A stretch of 64,000 nucleotides of DNA from Eledone cirrhosa (Eukaryota): positions 69,998,001 through 70,062,000 of the forward strand of contig OZ024742.1 of NCBI GenBank assembly GCA_964016885.1. Direction: 5' to 3'. The notes below the pieces were generated by a model. That model ran no database searches. It had not been told where the DNA came from and saw only the letters and a list, made by a program, of their open reading frames with translations. Both the position numbers and the translations under genes were made by a program. Of this stretch, positions 61,871-64,000 are shown piece after piece; positions within the stretch are counted from its first letter, which is position 1, and every line of letters begins with the position of its first letter.

Positions 61871-63095
61871 TTGCAAAAAATTTCACATATCAAGCGGTGC
61901 CCATGCTTGAAGTTTTTTTAAGTGAGGACAGACTTTGTCCGAGGCCAATCCCACACTATGAACATCGAATGCATTTACCGAAAAAGTAGAACTGGTGTAC
62001 ATGATTGAATGCAATTGAAGTCGCAGGTTTTACATCAGAGTGACTTTCTCCGGGAGAGATGTTTTAATGAAGACTAGGAGTCTCTCGCTCCACAAAAAAA
62101 ATCTTTATTGGATGGCTGTTGACCCACCTGAGTTCATCCGCCCTTACATACATACATGATGGCTGCAGTTCGATTTCGAGTAATGCCATCTGTTAATACT
62201 TAAGCATGAGCATCACGTACGTGACCTTTTAGTCCTGCTCGTAATTTGCCTGTGGTTAGCAATACCATGCGTCGCAAAAAATGTCACATATCAAGCGATG
62301 CCTGTGCTTGAGCTTTTTTAAGTGAGGAAAGGCTTCGCACGGGGCCAAACCCACTTTCTGAACATCAAATGTATTTGCCCAAAAAGAAGAACATATATAC
62401 ATACATGTATACATACAAACACGCATACATACATACATACATACATACATACATACATACATACATACATACATACATACATACATGGTGGCTGCCAACT
62501 CGTTTTCGAGTACGGCCACTACTTTATATTCATGTAGGAGAACCCCTACCGATGCGCTGAACGAGTGTGACTTTTTAGTCCAGCCAGCGACTTGAAAACT
62601 CTGGTACAAACACCACACTTGTGACAATTATTGACATATAGTTCTGGGCTCATGGTACCATGTGGCGACAAGTGCAGAGAGATCTCCAGATATAAAGCAA
62701 TGCCTGTGCCGTGAAGCTTTTATAGTGAGCAAAGGCACTGCACAAAGCCAGTCCCACTCTCTTAAGCAAGATGATATTTACCAAAAAGAAGAACAAGTCA
62801 ACATCATTGGATACCATCAGAGTTGCAGGTGTTATATCAGAGTTTTCCTTCTCCTAGAATTCTGCCTTGACAAAGGCTAAGGGGTCATTTCTCCCAGTGA
62901 TTTTGGATGGCCATTGACTCTTAAGAGCTCCTTTGCCCTTTGACAGGTTTTGTTTTTAGTCCTGCAGGATGTCCAAAGTCACCCTCCTCACCAAGAAACC
63001 TTTTGTGGGGTTGCCAGTTTAGTCGCCAACGACCCGACCATGAGACAGGTTGTACTGGGATACATGTTACCAGTAGCACCAACTGGTGACCTGAC
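61870..63095 (-). mobile_element. Stack of bipartite RTE-derived elements; full copy at 62486-63095
   Basis: Full copy flanked on both sides by (CATA)n; diverged partial copies at 61870-62145 and 62157-62390. Confidence 0.75.
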
Positions 63096-63160
63096 ATACA
63101 TACATACATACATACATACATACATACATACATACATACATACATACATACATACATACA

Positions 63161-64000
63161 GACCCGAATAGTAACACTACACTAAAGCAACATCTTCGGC
63201 AGAAGAAAAAGGTCAGCAACCTTCTTGCCCAGGTCTATGATCATGAAGGAAATAATATTAGGATAGCCACTGATCTGGAGGAGAGATATGGAATAACGCC
63301 TGACATAAATCTCTCTCCCGGGGAAATTGGATGATCCTATTCAATGTTCGAACAAGTTTTAAAAAATGGACCAATTTACAGAGAAAGTTGTGCATGGGTA
63401 CCTGAGACGAAAAACACAGACCATAGAGGGGATAAACCACTCAAAAAGCCTGGCATGGAGTTCCGACAAGTTTATGACACCCACCTTGGAGGATATCTCT
63501 ATGCAATACAGGGACAAGAAATCCTACCAAATATCTGCAGCACAAAAGAGGAGGGCCATCAGTCAACAATAAATGTAGGCTTTGTAAAACCAAGATCGAA
63601 GATGTTAGCCACATTGTTGCCAACTGCGAAAGAATGTCGTCTCGTTACTACCTCCCCAAGAGACACGATGTGATAGCTAGAACCATCTGGAGTGCACTTA
63701 GGAAAACAAAGTTAAAAACAAATGAGGAGGAATATGTTGAGATAGATGGCATTAAGGAATACTGGTGGAACCTGAAAATAAAAACTGCCACCAAATTAAA
63801 GCACAACCGGCCTGATATTGTTGTTTGGGACCACACATTGAAAACGTGTTCTGTTGTAGAGATCAGCTGTTCACTTGATGTCAAAGTTGTAAGAAAAATA
63901 CAAGAGAAGGAGACATCTACGGATCATTGATGAGGGGTTTGCAGATCCAGTATCAAAGGTACACCTTCAGTTTCATACCCATCATTATTGGTGCTACAGA
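63161..64000 (+). pseudogene. RLE-type non-LTR retrotransposon (R4/Dong-like) C-terminal relic
   Basis: CCHC knuckle CRLCK..EDVSHIVANC, then RHD, NRPDIVV..VVEISC (PD-D/E endonuclease); begins after (TACA)n. Confidence 0.8.

Overview
AT-rich, microsatellite-saturated eukaryotic non-genic DNA. The SINE families resemble those of octopod cephalopods (inference). No host exon is supportable, and nearly all ORF-track entries are (TA)n/(CA)n/(GA)n translation artefacts. The window is dominated by Penelope-like retroelements (PLEs; RT plus C-terminal GIY-YIG with a CxCx5C linker): one near-full-length copy (51168-53603, -) with tandem and inverted pseudo-LTRs, one 5'-truncated copy with a large inversion (42050-47500), and three GIY-YIG relics. 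Reading by eye reveals about 18 type I hammerhead ribozyme (HHR) motifs with a CUGANGA/GAAA core, plus several variant or decayed ones. Many lie in short non-coding units inserted in (TA)n, four of which are head-to-head palindromes carrying two outward-facing HHRs 107-129 bp apart. Also present are a ~44x67-bp satellite built from a tRNA-like Pol III head, tRNA-derived SINEs, a bipartite RTE-derived non-autonomous element, RTE and R4/RLE LINE relics and mariner relics. All structures were folded by eye, and element boundaries are approximate.
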